From positions 31,000,001 through 31,064,000 of the forward strand of contig OZ024746.1 of the NCBI GenBank assembly GCA_964016885.1: 64,000 nt of DNA, given 5' to 3'. The translations under genes were made by a program, and so were the position numbers. Below, in pieces: positions 27,041 to 51,232 of this stretch; within the stretch, counting starts at the first letter, position 1, and each line of letters opens with the position of its first letter. Under the pieces are notes generated by a model that worked only from the letters and a program-made list of their open reading frames with translations, searched no databases and was not told the origin of the DNA. The stretch is from Eledone cirrhosa. Lineage: Eukaryota.

Positions 27041-27071
<31 letters not shown>

Positions 27072-27611
27072 ATGTGTTTCTTTGTGGGTCTGTATGTGTC
27101 TGTGTGTGCGCGTGTGTATGTATGTCTGCGTATGTATTTGTGGCTTTGCATGTATGTGTGTGTGGGGAGGCGGTATGTGCGTGTATGTATCTTAAATAAA
27201 ATCTAACGTTCAGTATATGCTGAAAATTCTATTAATAAATATATATATATTAAAACTGAGATTGTGGTTTGTAAGTCTACGGTCACGCTTGGCGATTTAG
27301 CCGTTCACCTGAATGATCAGCAAGCGTGAAACTTGATTGGAAACTAAAAAATCAGTTTATATATATATATATATATAATTATATATATATGTGTGTGTAG
27401 GAGGTGAGTTTTATTGTAGTACAATAAAGCAATGCAGATATCGGATAAGAAGCACTCTACAATTTGTAGGACTGGAATATACATAATATATAAGAACAAA
27501 AGATGGTTAAAAGAGTTCCATGTATTTTATTATGCGCATTTCAAAAACAAATATGTTGATTTAAAACTGCACTATCCACAAGTGTTTTTTAACCTTTATA
27601 TCATGTCTTCC

Positions 27612-27682
27612 TATTTTATCTGATGAAAACACAAATATTATTGCATGATGATATTTGTTTTTGAAATGCGCATAATAAAATA
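27612..27682 (+). ncRNA. Type I hammerhead ribozyme, family C
   Basis: TATTTTAT-CTGATGA-AAACACAAATATTATT..GATGATATTTGTTTTT-GAAA-T GCGC A-TA^ATAAAATA. Confidence 0.75.
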
Positions 27683-27751
27683 CATATATATATATTTCGT
27701 TTCTGATGCGTGTGTTTCTTATTGGCAACATGACCCTCCCAAAGTATAACA

Positions 27752-27842
<91 letters not shown>

Positions 27843-27850
27843 TATGTATG

Positions 27851-27882
<32 letters not shown>

Positions 27883-27905
27883 CATGTATATGTATGTATG
27901 TATAT

Positions 27906-27964
<59 letters not shown>

Positions 27965-28263
27965 AACGTTCCTATTACCCATTCTACTACCCTAAGTATT
28001 GAGTACTTTGGTGCGTTATGGTCCACCTGGTTCCTTACCACATTTCCTCCGTTATATATATATATATATATAATATATATATATATATTTTAATTTTAGT
28101 TATATCTCATATAAAATAATACAACTGGCTTTCCACAAAATACATATAGTTAGCACCCCAAACATAAAATTGGGATTATACTAAGGTATATCCTAATGTT
28201 TGTTGAGTGAGATGGTAGCCAGTCAGAGTATAGCTTAATGCTTTCTCTGTTAATGTATTGAAT

Positions 28264-28343
<80 letters not shown>

Positions 28344-28599
28344 GTAACAATATTTTCGAAACAGCGAGTGGGTTTGAAATTATTAGAAATGTAAGCTATC
28401 GCCGTATTTGGACTAAAGAAATTAAAGAAATTATTTAGCCTGATAGTGGGGTTAAGAACCCTCGGAGAAATGGAAAAAGATGAGTATTGACGTACATGTA
28501 CGTCAATATTCATCTTTTTCCATTTCTCCGAGGGTTCTTAACCCCACTATCAGGCTAAATAATTTCTTTAGTCCAAATACGGCGATAGCTTACATTTCT

Positions 28600-28668
<69 letters not shown>

Positions 28669-28921
28669 CGTATATGTATGTATGTATATATACATATATA
28701 TATATATATGTATATATATATGTATATATATATGTATATGTATATGTATATATATATGTATGTATGTATGTATATTTATATATATATATATATATTTATA
28801 TATAGATTACACAAGTATCATATATATGTGTGTGTGCACCGTTTCCTCTCACTCCCTTTTTGCTATATGTTTCTCCACCACTCCCCTACACACCCTTTGA
28901 ACTCTCTTCCCACACACTTTT

Positions 28922-28955
28922 CACCTGAAGACGGGCTTATGCCCGAAACGTCGTT
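28922..28955 (+). ncRNA. Minimal hammerhead-like motif
   Basis: CTGAAGA-C GGGC ttat GCCC-GAAA-CG-TC^; stem I only 2 bp. Confidence 0.5.
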
Positions 28956-29039
28956 CCCCACCACCACCCCACTCTCAAGAGCGTGAAACTAATAAACCTT
29001 TGTTCGTACTGCCTCTCTGTTTTGTTCCCGTTCAATTTT

Positions 29040-29084
<45 letters not shown>

Positions 29085-29086
29085 TC

Positions 29087-29130
<44 letters not shown>

Positions 29131-29143
29131 GTGTGTGTTTGTG

Positions 29144-29182
<39 letters not shown>

Positions 29183-29186
29183 TCGT

Positions 29187-29222
<36 letters not shown>

Positions 29223-29235
29223 GTGTGTGTTTGTG

Positions 29236-29278
<43 letters not shown>

Positions 29279-29532
29279 ATGAGATGGAGGATTTGTGGTT
29301 TTCCTCCCAAGAAACCCTCCATCTCAATTCTACTTTTGAAAAGCACGAGAACTGTGAAACCGGTAAAGGAAACAAGTAAAAATTCTGAAAAAGACTCCAG
29401 TCGCATTTTTGATTTCTTTTCCTAATACTTTCACTCGTGTAGGACATCTTGTTTTTATATTAAAAAAAAGTCATTTTCTTATATATATATATATATATAT
29501 AAAGAGAGAGAGGAGATAGATAGAGAGAGAGA

Positions 29533-29579
<47 letters not shown>

Positions 29580-29643
29580 AGATAGATAGATAGATAGATA
29601 CATACATATATATATATATACATAATATAATATAATATATATA

Positions 29644-29717
<74 letters not shown>

Positions 29718-29742
29718 TTCATTCTTAGTATTATCCTGAAAT

Positions 29743-29793
<51 letters not shown>

Positions 29794-29962
29794 ACGAAGG
29801 AGTTGTGGTAAGGAACCAGATGGACCATAACGCACCAGAGTACTCAATACTTAGGGTAGTATAGTGGGTAATAGGAAAAGGTATGACCCCGACGGCAGAG
29901 CTCAAGCCGTTTCGACTGCTATTTCTGGACTATATATATATATATATCGTATATATATGTAT

Positions 29963-30026
<64 letters not shown>

Positions 30027-30034
30027 ACATACTG

Positions 30035-30136
<102 letters not shown>

Positions 30137-30182
30137 CGCACGTGTGTATACATATATACATATATAAATATATATATATGTA

Positions 30183-30223
<41 letters not shown>

Positions 30224-30304
30224 CGAAGGAAGTGTGGTAAGGAACCAGGTGAACCATAACGCACCAGAAATGTCCAGAAATAGCCGTTGAAACGGCTATT
30301 TTCC

Positions 30305-30348
<44 letters not shown>

Positions 30349-30545
30349 CGTGTATATATATATATGTATCTATCTATCTAGGGCTGGTAAAATTCCCGAG
30401 ATTCATGGACGAGTTCTCTCCAGCGGTCTCTGTCCCTCATTATCGCTGCCATATCCTGCATCTCCAACAGACCAGTGTCTGTCCTTAGGGCATCAACATA
30501 TGTTAACCTTGGTCTTCCCCTTCTAGTGTGTCCATGTAGGGGCTC

Positions 30546-30722
<177 letters not shown>

Positions 30723-31032
30723 TTATTTATTTATATATATATATATATGAGTTTCAGAAGATCCCGTTAAGGGTGAAAGCAGCGATTCTTTGCTTAAATT
30801 TTAATCTGTTATTTTAATAAATATATATATATATATATATGCTCGTGTACTCACACACACTCACACACACGCATACACGCATATATATATATATATATAT
30901 TTTTATATATACATACATATATATATAAATATATATATATTTATTAAAATAACAGATTAAAATTTAAGCAAAGAATCGCTGCTTTCACCCTTAACGGGAT
31001 CTTCTGAAACTCATAAATATATATATATAAAT

Positions 31033-31086
<54 letters not shown>

Positions 31087-31122
31087 CTATGACCTTTTCT
31101 GTTTCCAACGGAAATTTTAATA

Positions 31123-31219
<97 letters not shown>

Positions 31220-31597
31220 TGCTCGTGTACACACACACACACTCACACACACGCACACACGCGTATATATATATATATATATATAGGAACAAGTATGACC
31301 CCGACGGCAGAGCTCAAGCCGTTTCGACGGCTAATTCTTGGGTGTGGTACCAGTCAAGTACTGGGGTCGAGTCTTCCTATATATCTCTTTCTTACTTCTA
31401 TTCCCCCACTATCTCTATTCTTCTAAGGTTTGCTTTGCCTTTCATCCTTATGGAGTCAATAAAATAGAATTAGCCGTCTAAACGGCTTGAGCTCAGCCGT
31501 CGGGGTCATACTTGTTCCTATTACCCACTCTACTACCCTAAGTATTGAGTACTTTGGTGCGTTATGGTCCATCTGGTTCCTTACCACATTTCCTTCG

Positions 31598-31730
<133 letters not shown>

Positions 31731-32127
31731 CACGGGTGTGTATGATTGTGTATAAAAGGAATTCCAACTTTGTCTGATTTACTCGTTTTATTTACAATCC
31801 TTTCAAATTTATAATGGTATTAGAATGAAATAGTATGGTAGAATATTAAATGTTAAGTGTTAATTGAACAAGTACTTTCATGCTTTCGCAATGTTCGGGT
31901 TCATAATATGTGGTGACAGTCAAGTTTGCAATTTTCAACTGTTGAAAATTGCAAACTTGACTGTCACCACACATTATGAACCTGAAGATTGCGAAAGCAT
32001 GAAAGTACTTGTTCAATTAACACTTAACATTTAATATTCTACCATACTATTTCATTCTAATACCATTATAAATTTTAAAGGATTGTAAATAAAACGAGTA
32101 AATCAGACAAAGTTGGAATTCCTTTTA

Positions 32128-32163
<36 letters not shown>

Positions 32164-32197
32164 TGGTTACACAACAGTTAGTTCACCATACTGATTA

Positions 32198-32235
32198 CGA
32201 GCTGAGGATCCGCTAAGGTGAAACAATTGTTCTCG
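32198..32235 (+). ncRNA. Minimal hammerhead ribozyme, family F (degenerate relative at 20237-20275)
   Basis: CGAG-CTGAGGA-T CC gctaa GG T-GAAA-C AATT G-TT^CTCG, nested within a 31-bp inverted repeat (32161-32191 / 32236-32266). Confidence 0.7.
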
Positions 32236-32327
32236 GTATGGTGAACTAACTGTTGTGGAACCACTTCTACATAACTCGTCCCATGGACTGAGTGCTCTAC
32301 CACTACGGATATTACCTTCCAGTGTTC

Positions 32328-32434
<107 letters not shown>

Positions 32435-32608
32435 ATATATATATATATATGAATAAAATTAGTCCTTCATCAGTGGTCTTCCAACCTTCATTGGTATTTC
32501 ATCGCTTTAAAGATCATATACGTCTGGTTGGTGCGAGCGACGGCTAAAGAAAGTCGTTGGGACACGTAAAATAGGGGGAACAAGCGAGACATGTAAACAA
32601 ACAAAGAT

Positions 32609-32656
<48 letters not shown>

Positions 32657-32797
32657 TGTGTGTTTGTGTGTGTAAGTCTGTGTGTGTGAGTGCGTGTGTA
32701 TAACTTTGCCATGTCTAACATAATAGCACCACCTGATGAAGTCTTTGCGAAACATCACATCTCAGTCATATTTTGGACACCATGACCCACTCAAATA

Positions 32798-32997
32798 NNN
32801 NNNNNNNNNNNNNNNNNNNNNNNNNNNNNNNNNNNNNNNNNNNNNNNNNNNNNNNNNNNNNNNNNNNNNNNNNNNNNNNNNNNNNNNNNNNNNNNNNNNN
32901 NNNNNNNNNNNNNNNNNNNNNNNNNNNNNNNNNNNNNNNNNNNNNNNNNNNNNNNNNNNNNNNNNNNNNNNNNNNNNNNNNNNNNNNNNNNNNNNNN
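32798..32997. other. Assembly gap (200 N)
   Basis: Run of N. Confidence 1.
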
Positions 32998-33289
32998 TAT
33001 TTTAAAAGCAAAATTAACTTGGTTAGATAATATTATTATTTTTAATAATTGGTTTAGACAGTTTTTAACTGTTCCTTACACACTTTTAGAATTATCAAAG
33101 AAATCTAAAAACGAAATATTGAAGGGGTATAGATACAAAAATATTCAAACCTCACCCCACAGAAACGAGTATCAATGTTAGGCAATAATTGCGATTTAAA
33201 TAAATTTATTAGCAATTACAATTTAAGATTTTATTTAAAAACACGTAACAGTTCAGTCGGTGTGAAAAAATGACCTTGTTTCTTATTTA

Positions 33290-34650
33290 TCAATCTATTA
33301 AGTCTGGGCTCGATAAAAGTGCAACACGTAATGATGTTCGAATGTCCAAATAGTTTCTGCATTTATTTTTTATAACACTCATTGTTGAGAAAGTCGTCTC
33401 ACATAAATATATAGACGAAAAGGCAAGAAATGCTTTGAGAGGAATTTCAGCCAGTTCAGGAAACTCGGCTCTAATTTCAATCCAGAAACACTCCAATGAT
33501 ACTACAGAGTCAAAAATTATTTTCAGGCTACCGTTAGCAGTAAGATCCAGCAATTGATTTTCCAATATCACAGTCATATTGTGCTTTGACATCAAGAAAG
33601 GATTTCTGATTGATTCATTAACATTTCTTGGATCTTCCTATGATGGAAAATATAATTCGAAGCCTTCTGAGAAATCCATCAAGAGTTAACAGATAATGCG
33701 TTTTAAGATGGACGTCTCAAAATTCGAGTTGATATCGTGTGAGCCCCGCGAGTTGGAGTGGCTTTTCCAGCGCGTCTCCCTTGCCGTCATCCGGGGAAAC
33801 ATTTTCCCCATTCTGTCCGCCGGGACTGTGGGTGGGCCCCATCACGTATCAGGCCGATAATTAAAGTACCGACATTGGTGTCGATTCTCCACCCACCTTT
33901 TCTCTCTATCCACCTAATATATATCTTCCATATACGTAATTAGTTATATTATAGACAAGTTGTGAAATATAACAAAACAACTTTTTGACACGTTGCTCTG
34001 TCACATTTTCAGTTTCCGTTTCACGCGATCAATCTTATCTGCCATTGTGAAACATGATGCCTGTCTACCTTGGGTGGAGATGTTAGGCGTATTCAATATT
34101 TCAAATATATCTGCTACATACGACATCTTTACTATCCATTCAGAGGTCCTAAGCAGTTTTGATTAATGTAACTTTTGTCTTGAAGAAAATGAGAGTGTTC
34201 AATCTGCGAAATGAACTCACCCAGGAGAGAGCTTTACCCCTCGATAACCAGCGTACATCAGCATGTGGTATAAGCTGAGTATACTCAGCACTAGTGTCAA
34301 ATCACAGTGCCTTAAATAATCTTGAATTTAATCCCTTGTTCTTCACACGATTAACATTTTTTACAACTTCACTAAGCACTGAATTCAATTCAATGGACAT
34401 ATGTAACTCAATGTTCCCGGTGAATGACACAATTTGTTGATTTACATTCCGGTATTAACGTTTTAATTTAGGTTATCACACCAGAATAGCAGCCTATCAT
34501 TGCTGCAGCCCCATCGGTACTGATTCCGACACAGTTTTGAAAACCTAAACCGTATTTTCAATCACTTAAAGCCTAGTTGTATTTGTAAGTAATACAGATG
34601 AAAAAAAAGTATTCTTCCTTCAAATTGTCTTCGTATTCAAAACGTACAAA
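33290..34650 (-). mobile_element. hAT (Buster/Charlie-like) transposase pseudogene
   Basis: Dimerization-domain peptide FWIEIRAEFPELAEIPLKAFLAFSSIYLCETTFSTM; upstream remnants ISTDGAAAM and VRWLSRGKAL. Confidence 0.8.
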
Positions 34651-35069
34651 TCGTCTTGAGGATATTTGATATTTATAAATTTATCCTTGGAGCCGCGTTT
34701 AGCCATCTCGAATAAACTCTTAATAAATTGTAATTATTATTTAAAAACAAAGAAAACAATAAAAATGAAACCTACTTAAAATAAGTTATAGCAAAATTTA
34801 AAATGTTGCAATTATTAATAAACAAATTATCTTAATTATGCAAATACCATTCCACGAAAGGGTACCGATCTGACTGACCGGTTTTGAGAAACACTGATAT
34901 ATGCGACTTCTGTTTTATTCCAAAATAGCTGAAAATATATACCCCAAATCATATATGCGAGTTTGGCGTTTACACCTACCTCCCTTCTTTTAATTACCGA
35001 ATGCTGAAGTTGACGCATTACTGTACCAGCTCCTGCAATTCTTGCAGCCTCTGGTCACAACAGCATTTT

Positions 35070-35785
35070 CTGATGCACACGAGGTGCATCTGTTAGAGGT
35101 TGAGGTCACAAGAGCAATTAAAGAGCTCAAATGTGGTAAAGCCGCTGGAGTAAATGAAATTCTGTCCTAGATGTTAAAAGCCTTAAATAGAGAAGTTATT
35201 CTTTGGCTGATTGACAGTGAGTTTTTCGCACCGGACGCAGCACAATCGACCGAATATTCACACTGCACCAGGTCTTTGAGAAATCGTGGGAGTACTGCCA
35301 AGAGATGAATGATTGCTTCGTAGACCTCGAAAAGGCATACGACCACGTTCTACAGGGTAGCTGTAGAAGGTTGTGCAGGAGTATGCGGTCGATGGTCAGC
35401 TTCTTGTTGCCCTGATATCTCTATACGAATGCCCAAGTATTTGTGTTCGGATAATTGGTGCTAAATCGAAACCGTTCAATGTGGAAGTCGGACTCCGACA
35501 AGGATGCATGCTGGTGCCTCTCATGCTCATAATCTTTATGAACAGGATTGACACAAGCCACCGGCTTGGAAGTGGTATCACGACTGGTGGGTGTAGGATC
35601 AGTCAGCTGCAATTTGCAGGCGACATGATATTACTTAAAACGCCAGAAGGTGATCTACGACATGCATTTGATAGGTTTGATACCGAGTGCTGCACAGCTG
35701 GAATGAAAATCACCTGAGACACATGTTCTCTCAAGGAAGCCCACTCTACAAGTGGGTGGAGTTCCACTGAAGCAGGTGGAGATGA
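35070..35785 (+). mobile_element. Degraded RTE-like RT fragment
   Basis: GKAAGVNEI, FVDLEKAYDHV, GLRQGCML, LQFAGDM, with stops and frameshifts. Confidence 0.8.
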
Positions 35786-35856
35786 TAGTTAATGTGTTTT
35801 GTAATTGATAAAATCCCAATCCTACATTGAATTAAAATTTTAAAAAATCAGTTTCA

Positions 35857-35938
35857 CGACGAGGATGAGATTCGAACTCACGCGGGAAACTCCCAATGGA
35901 TTAGCAGTCCATCGCCTTAACCACTCGGCCACCTCGTC
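35857..35938 (-). tRNA. tRNA-Ser(GCT)
   Basis: Same cloverleaf on the - strand, differing only in the variable arm; followed by T6. Confidence 0.95.
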
Positions 35939-36181
35939 ACATGTTAATTCTATGAACATATTAGTAATTTACTGCTTAATTCATGACAGTAGGCTTTGAG
36001 GAAATTACTATGTGTGTGTTGTTGTTGCTGCTTTATTTATATATATATAGAGAGAGTTATAGCATTATTCAGTTTCCGTTGGACTAATCAATTAATTTGA
36101 TTATGTAACAAGAATCAGTGCTATGCAATAAATGTTATTCCCACTCTTCTGGATTGTGATGTTTTACATAATAATTTGGTA

Positions 36182-36186
<5 letters not shown>

Positions 36187-36274
<88 letters not shown>

Positions 36275-36335
36275 CATATATATATATGTATATATATATA
36301 TGTATATATATATATATACATATATATACATATAC

Positions 36336-36376
<41 letters not shown>

Positions 36377-36395
36377 CACATATATATATATATAC

Positions 36396-36428
<33 letters not shown>

Positions 36429-36443
36429 TATAATATACATATA

Positions 36444-36481
<38 letters not shown>

Positions 36482-36518
36482 TATACATATATATGTATAT
36501 ATATATATATATATATAC

Positions 36519-36605
<87 letters not shown>

Positions 36606-36646
36606 TATATATACATATACATATATATATAGGTATATATATATAC

Positions 36647-36732
<86 letters not shown>

Positions 36733-36754
36733 AGATAGATATATATATAGATAT

Positions 36755-36850
<96 letters not shown>

Positions 36851-36887
36851 GTATATATATATATATATATATACATATATATGTATA

Positions 36888-36925
<38 letters not shown>

Positions 36926-36972
36926 TATATGTATATTATATGTATATATATATATATACATATATATATATG

Positions 36973-37030
<58 letters not shown>
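36187..37030. repeat. Long compound (TA)n microsatellite, representative of dozens of (TA)n/(CA)n/(GA)n tracts
   Basis: Direct reading. Confidence 0.95.
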
Positions 37031-37032
<2 letters not shown>

Positions 37033-37464
37033 AGTGAGAAATGAAATTTCATTTTTTCCATTTATATATATAAATATATAACAAAGGAAGTGTGGTAAGG
37101 AACCAGATGGACCGTAACACACTAGAGCACTCAATACTTAGGGTAGTAGAGTAGGAAATAGGAAAAAGTATGACCCCGACGGTAGAGCTCAAGCCGTTTC
37201 GACGGCTATTTCTGAGTCCAGAAATAGCCGTCGAAACGGCTTGAGCTCTGCCGTCGGGGTCATACTTTTTCCTATATATATATATATAAATTTCTTTTAC
37301 CATTTGGTACGTATGACCCCTTTTAAGATCCCCGAAGACTGGTGGGGGAAGTGAGAAAGGGGGAGCGGGAGGAAAGTATCCCCAAACTGTAAATTGTAAA
37401 GCTCTAGCCGATGGCGCTAATGATCACCAATTGTGATACAGAGCAACTAAAAGCTAAATTAAAG

Positions 37465-37651
37465 ACAATAAGATGTTGTAGTAGTATATCTACAATAAGA
37501 TGTTGTAGTTGTATATCTACAATAAGATGTTGTAGTAGTATATCTACAATAAGATGTTGTAGTTGTATATCTACAATAAGATGTTGTAGTTGTATATCTA
37601 CAATAAGATGTTGTAGTTGTATATCTACAATAAGATGTTGTTGTAGTTGTA
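37465..37651. repeat. 27-bp tandem repeat, about 7 units
   Basis: ACAATAAGATGTTGTAGTTGTATATCT. Confidence 0.92.
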
Positions 37652-37740
37652 TTCTAGCTGACTATCCAAGTATTACAAGATCAAATCACATTGGGAGTGG
37701 TTATTTATTCAATTAAAACGTCTGCGTAGAGCTGAAAAAC

Positions 37741-38578
37741 CATGACTGGCTGGGAGAGGTATCTAATACCCTTCATATATAGCTGGTATGACATGTCAGA
37801 CTAACAGAAGTATCTATTACCACTTATATATAGCTGGTAAGCCATGAAAGAGGAGAGGTATATAAACCTTATATATAAAGCTGGTATGACTGGATGAGAT
37901 ATCTAAATATCCCTTATATATAGCTAGTATGCCATGACAGGCTGTGGAAGGTATTTAATATCTCTTATATATAAATCATAACAGACTGAGAGAGGTATTT
38001 AATACGCGTTATAAATAACTGGTATGTCATGACAGACTGAGAGAGTTATCCAATACCCTATATATAACTGGTATGTCACGGCTAACCGGGAGCGGTATCT
38101 AATACCCCTTATATATAACTGGTATATCACGACTAACCGGGAGCAGTATCTAATACCCCATGTCACGACTAACCGGGAGCGGTGTCTAATACCCCTTATA
38201 CATAACTGGTATGTCACGGCTAACCGGGAGCGGTATCTAATACCCCTTATATATAACTGGTATGTCACGACTAACCGGGAGCAGTATCTAATACCCCTTA
38301 TATATAACTAGTATGTGACGACTAACCGGGAGCGGTGTCTAATACCCCTTATATATAACTAGTATGTCACGACTAACCGGGAGCGGTATCTAATACCCCT
38401 TATATATAACTGGTATGTCACGACTAACCGGGAGCAGTATCTAATACCCCTTATATATAACTAGTATGTCACGACTAACCGGGAGCGGTGTCTAATACCC
38501 CTTATATATAACTGGTATGTCACGACTAACCGGGAGCGGTATCTAATACCCCTTATATATAACTGGTATGTCATGACA
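37741..38578. repeat. 51-bp minisatellite, homogeneous on the right and degenerate on the left
   Basis: ATGTCACGACTAACCGGGAGCGGTATCTAATACCCCTTATATATAACTGGT. Confidence 0.92.
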
Positions 38579-38879
38579 ACGGTTGGCAGAAGAAAGGAGC
38601 AACATGAAATAAAGTATTTTGTTGAAGAAGCCAACGATTTGTGTTCCGGGACCAGGAACCGACCACACGACCTCATGTTCCAGACTACAACAGACCAATC
38701 ATTAAAAAAAAAAATACAATTTCAATCAATTCATTAAATCATCAATGTCGAAAACAACAACAATAAAAACAAAACTATAGCAATAATTATAAATAAATCT
38801 GTGTTTGGACTATTCGTTATCTAATTACTACTCTGATCAATATAGTGAAATCTGCTAATATAGTATGCAAAATCTAAGT

Positions 38880-38961
38880 GACGAGGTGGCCGAGTGGTTA
38901 AGGCGATGGACTGCTAATCCATTGGGGTCTCCCCGCGTGAGTTCGAATCTCATCCTCGTCG
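38880..38961 (+). tRNA. tRNA-Ser(GCT)
   Basis: GACGAGG/CCTCGTC acceptor stem, A box TGGCCGAGTGG, anticodon arm ATGGA-CTGCTAA-TCCAT, long variable arm, GTTCGAATC, T-run terminator; 82 nt. Confidence 0.95.
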
Positions 38962-39042
38962 GTATATATTTTATTTTTAATTTAATGTGGGGTGTGGGTG
39001 GGTAGTAAAGTTTCATATAATAATAATTCCATATCAATATAT

Positions 39043-39220
39043 TGGTGGCAGTATCGGTAGAGGGTCGGACGCCATGCTTTCCAGCATAGTTACGTCCCTT
39101 TACGATCTGAGTTCAAATCCCGCCGAGGTTGACTTTGCCTTTCATCCTTACGGGGTCGATAAAATAAAGTACCAGTAATGAACTGGGTAATTGCTGGCCT
39201 TGTGCCTAAAGTAGAAACAA
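39043..39220 (+). mobile_element. Same SINE family, TSD AATATATTGGT
   Basis: Near-identical copy about 80 bp downstream of tRNA-Ser. Confidence 0.9.
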
Positions 39221-39228
39221 ATATATTG

Positions 39229-39530
39229 GTTGGGAGAGGTTTAGCTGCATTGGGAGAGTTTTAGCTTTGTTGGGAGAGGTTTAGTTACGTTGGGAGAGAT
39301 TTGGATATGTTGGGGAAGATATAAATATGTTGGGAGAGATTTAGATGTGTTGGGAAAGGTTTAGATATGTTTGGAGAGGTTTGAATGTGTTGGGAGAGAT
39401 TTAGATGTGTTGGGAGAAGTTTAGATATGCTTGGATGTGTTGGAAAAGGTTTAGCTGTCTTGGGCGATATTTAGATGTGCTGTGGGAAATTTAGTTGTTT
39501 TGTGGGAGTTTTAGATGTGTTGAGAGTTTT
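39229..39530. repeat. Degenerate 20-bp tandem repeat
   Basis: GTTGGGAGAGATTTAGATGT. Confidence 0.85.
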
Positions 39531-39672
39531 TAATATGCCAGCAGTTGTGACAGATAGACAGTATCAGTAATAGAAAAACTAGTTTCCTTGATGCGATCTG
39601 ACGATCAACTTTTTCTTCTGCCAGTAGTTGTAACTGACAGACAGTATCAGTAATAGAAGGATGATGAAAATA

Positions 39673-39733
39673 TTGTGACCAAGTGGTTAAGGCGATGGAC
39701 TTTTTCCCACGAGTTCAAATCTCATCCTTGTTG
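39673..39733 (+). pseudogene. Degenerate tRNA-Ser copy with the anticodon region deleted
   Basis: GTGACCAAGTGGTTAAGGCGATGGAC...GAGTTCAAATCTCATCCTTGTTG; its 3' flank is homologous to that of the 38880 tRNA. Confidence 0.8.
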
Positions 39734-40234
39734 ACATAGTTTATTTTTATTTAATGTAGTGGGGAGGGGAGTAAAGTTTCATCTAATAACAATTTCATAT
39801 CAATATATTGGCTGGGAATGTTTTAGCTGTGTTGGGAGTGCTTTAACTTTGTTGGGAAAGGTTTATCTGTGTTTCCTTGGTCTGATCTGATGATCAACTC
39901 TTTTCCTCTACCAGCAGATAGTATCAGCAATGGAAAGACCAATGGAAACTCCTTACCAGACTCTAGGGACGCCCTCTGCAACGGTTCCGGTAGAAATAAA
40001 TATCATCACAACCCTCATAAAACATATGAAGGCATGCAGTCTATTGGTTTGGCTGGGGGACTCATTATCATAAAGTCGTGGGTTTAGTTTCTGACTGAAA
40101 GACACATTGTGTCCTTCAACACGACACTTTATTTCACATTACTCCAGTCTACTCATCTGAAAAAAAACAGGAGTACCAGCAGCAACTGGAAGTTAACACT
40201 GTAGTGAACTGGCAGCACATTTGGCAGTCACCAT

Positions 40235-40860
40235 TGCCACAGTGGTGATTGGTGCTCTTGGCATGGTGACTAAGAATCTTGAAAACTACCTGTTGAAAAT
40301 AGACTTTGCACCAGGGATTGAACCACTTCAGACATCATGTCTACTGGGAACAGCCTGAATATCGAGAAAGGTTCTGGACTATCAACAGCAGTGAAATGAT
40401 GAGGAACAATATGAAAATGGACTTAATCTAAGTTATTAGTTGTAGCACAGTATTCCCTAAAATAGCCAGCCCAAAGGAACATCAAAGCTGATCATAATAA
40501 ATAGTCATAATAATAATAAACTTAGGCAGAAGAATAAATACCAGGAAGTTGAATGTAAATTCAAGATTAAAAATAAGGGTATAAAGGTAGTTTTGGAAGA
40601 ACTTAGACTGCAAGCTAAAGCAACCAAAATTAAGAGGTATGGAGAGAGGATAGATTAATAAAAGATCAATAAAATGTTCCAACATTGAAGTTCAAAGAAT
40701 ATGAAACATGAGAAAGGTTGAGGTCATACCAACATGGTAGGTGCTTGTGGTTGTGTGACCAAGAACTTAGTAAAATCGAAAGAAAATCTTGGGGTACAGG
40801 CAAAGGTATTCCTCCAGAAAATGATTTCTAGGAATTGATAGAATTTTGAGAAGGATGATG
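40235..40860 (+). mobile_element. Two degraded C-terminal fragments of an R4/Dong-like (restriction-like endonuclease) retrotransposon
   Basis: VVIGALGMVTKNL...LQTSCLLGTA*ISRKVL and IEVQRI*NMRKVEVIPT..GACGCVTKNL. Confidence 0.6.
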
Positions 40861-41263
40861 GCAAAATAAACCCCAGGAGAAAATAACCAAGAGTTCTTAG
40901 GTCATTAGTGATTATCCATCTTCTTTGTTTAATAATTGTTTCTACTTTTGGCACAAGGCCAGTGATTATCCCAGTGCATTACTGGTACTTTATTTTATCG
41001 ACGTGGCAAAAGAACAGCCTGAGAAAGAAGAAATAATAACAACAACAATAGTAGCAATAATGGTTTAAGCACAAGGCCAATTATTTGGGGAAAAGGGGGA
41101 GTCGATTAAATCAACCCCAGTGCAGTGCTGGTACTTTATTTTATCGACCCCCCCGTAAGGATGAAAGGTAAAGCTAACCTTGGTGGGATTTGAACTCAAT
41201 AATAGTAATAATGGTTTCTTTATAGGTAAAGATAAAAACAATAATAGTATGATAATAAAGATG

Positions 41264-41269
41264 TTTATT
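41264..41269 (-). terminator. Candidate NKAP polyadenylation signal AATAAA
   Basis: About 45 nt downstream of the stop codon. Confidence 0.5.
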
Positions 41270-41314
41270 GGTGTTTTGTATGATTTAAAGTGATACATTT
41301 CTGACATAACAATT

Positions 41315-51232
<9,918 letters not shown>

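Noticed and set aside
32736-33030. ORFs spanning the N run
   Set aside because: Gap artefact.
37411-38676. Regular repeats as a CRISPR array, or Cys-rich ORFs
   Set aside because: No unique spacers; eukaryotic context; simple tandem units of 27 and 51 bp.
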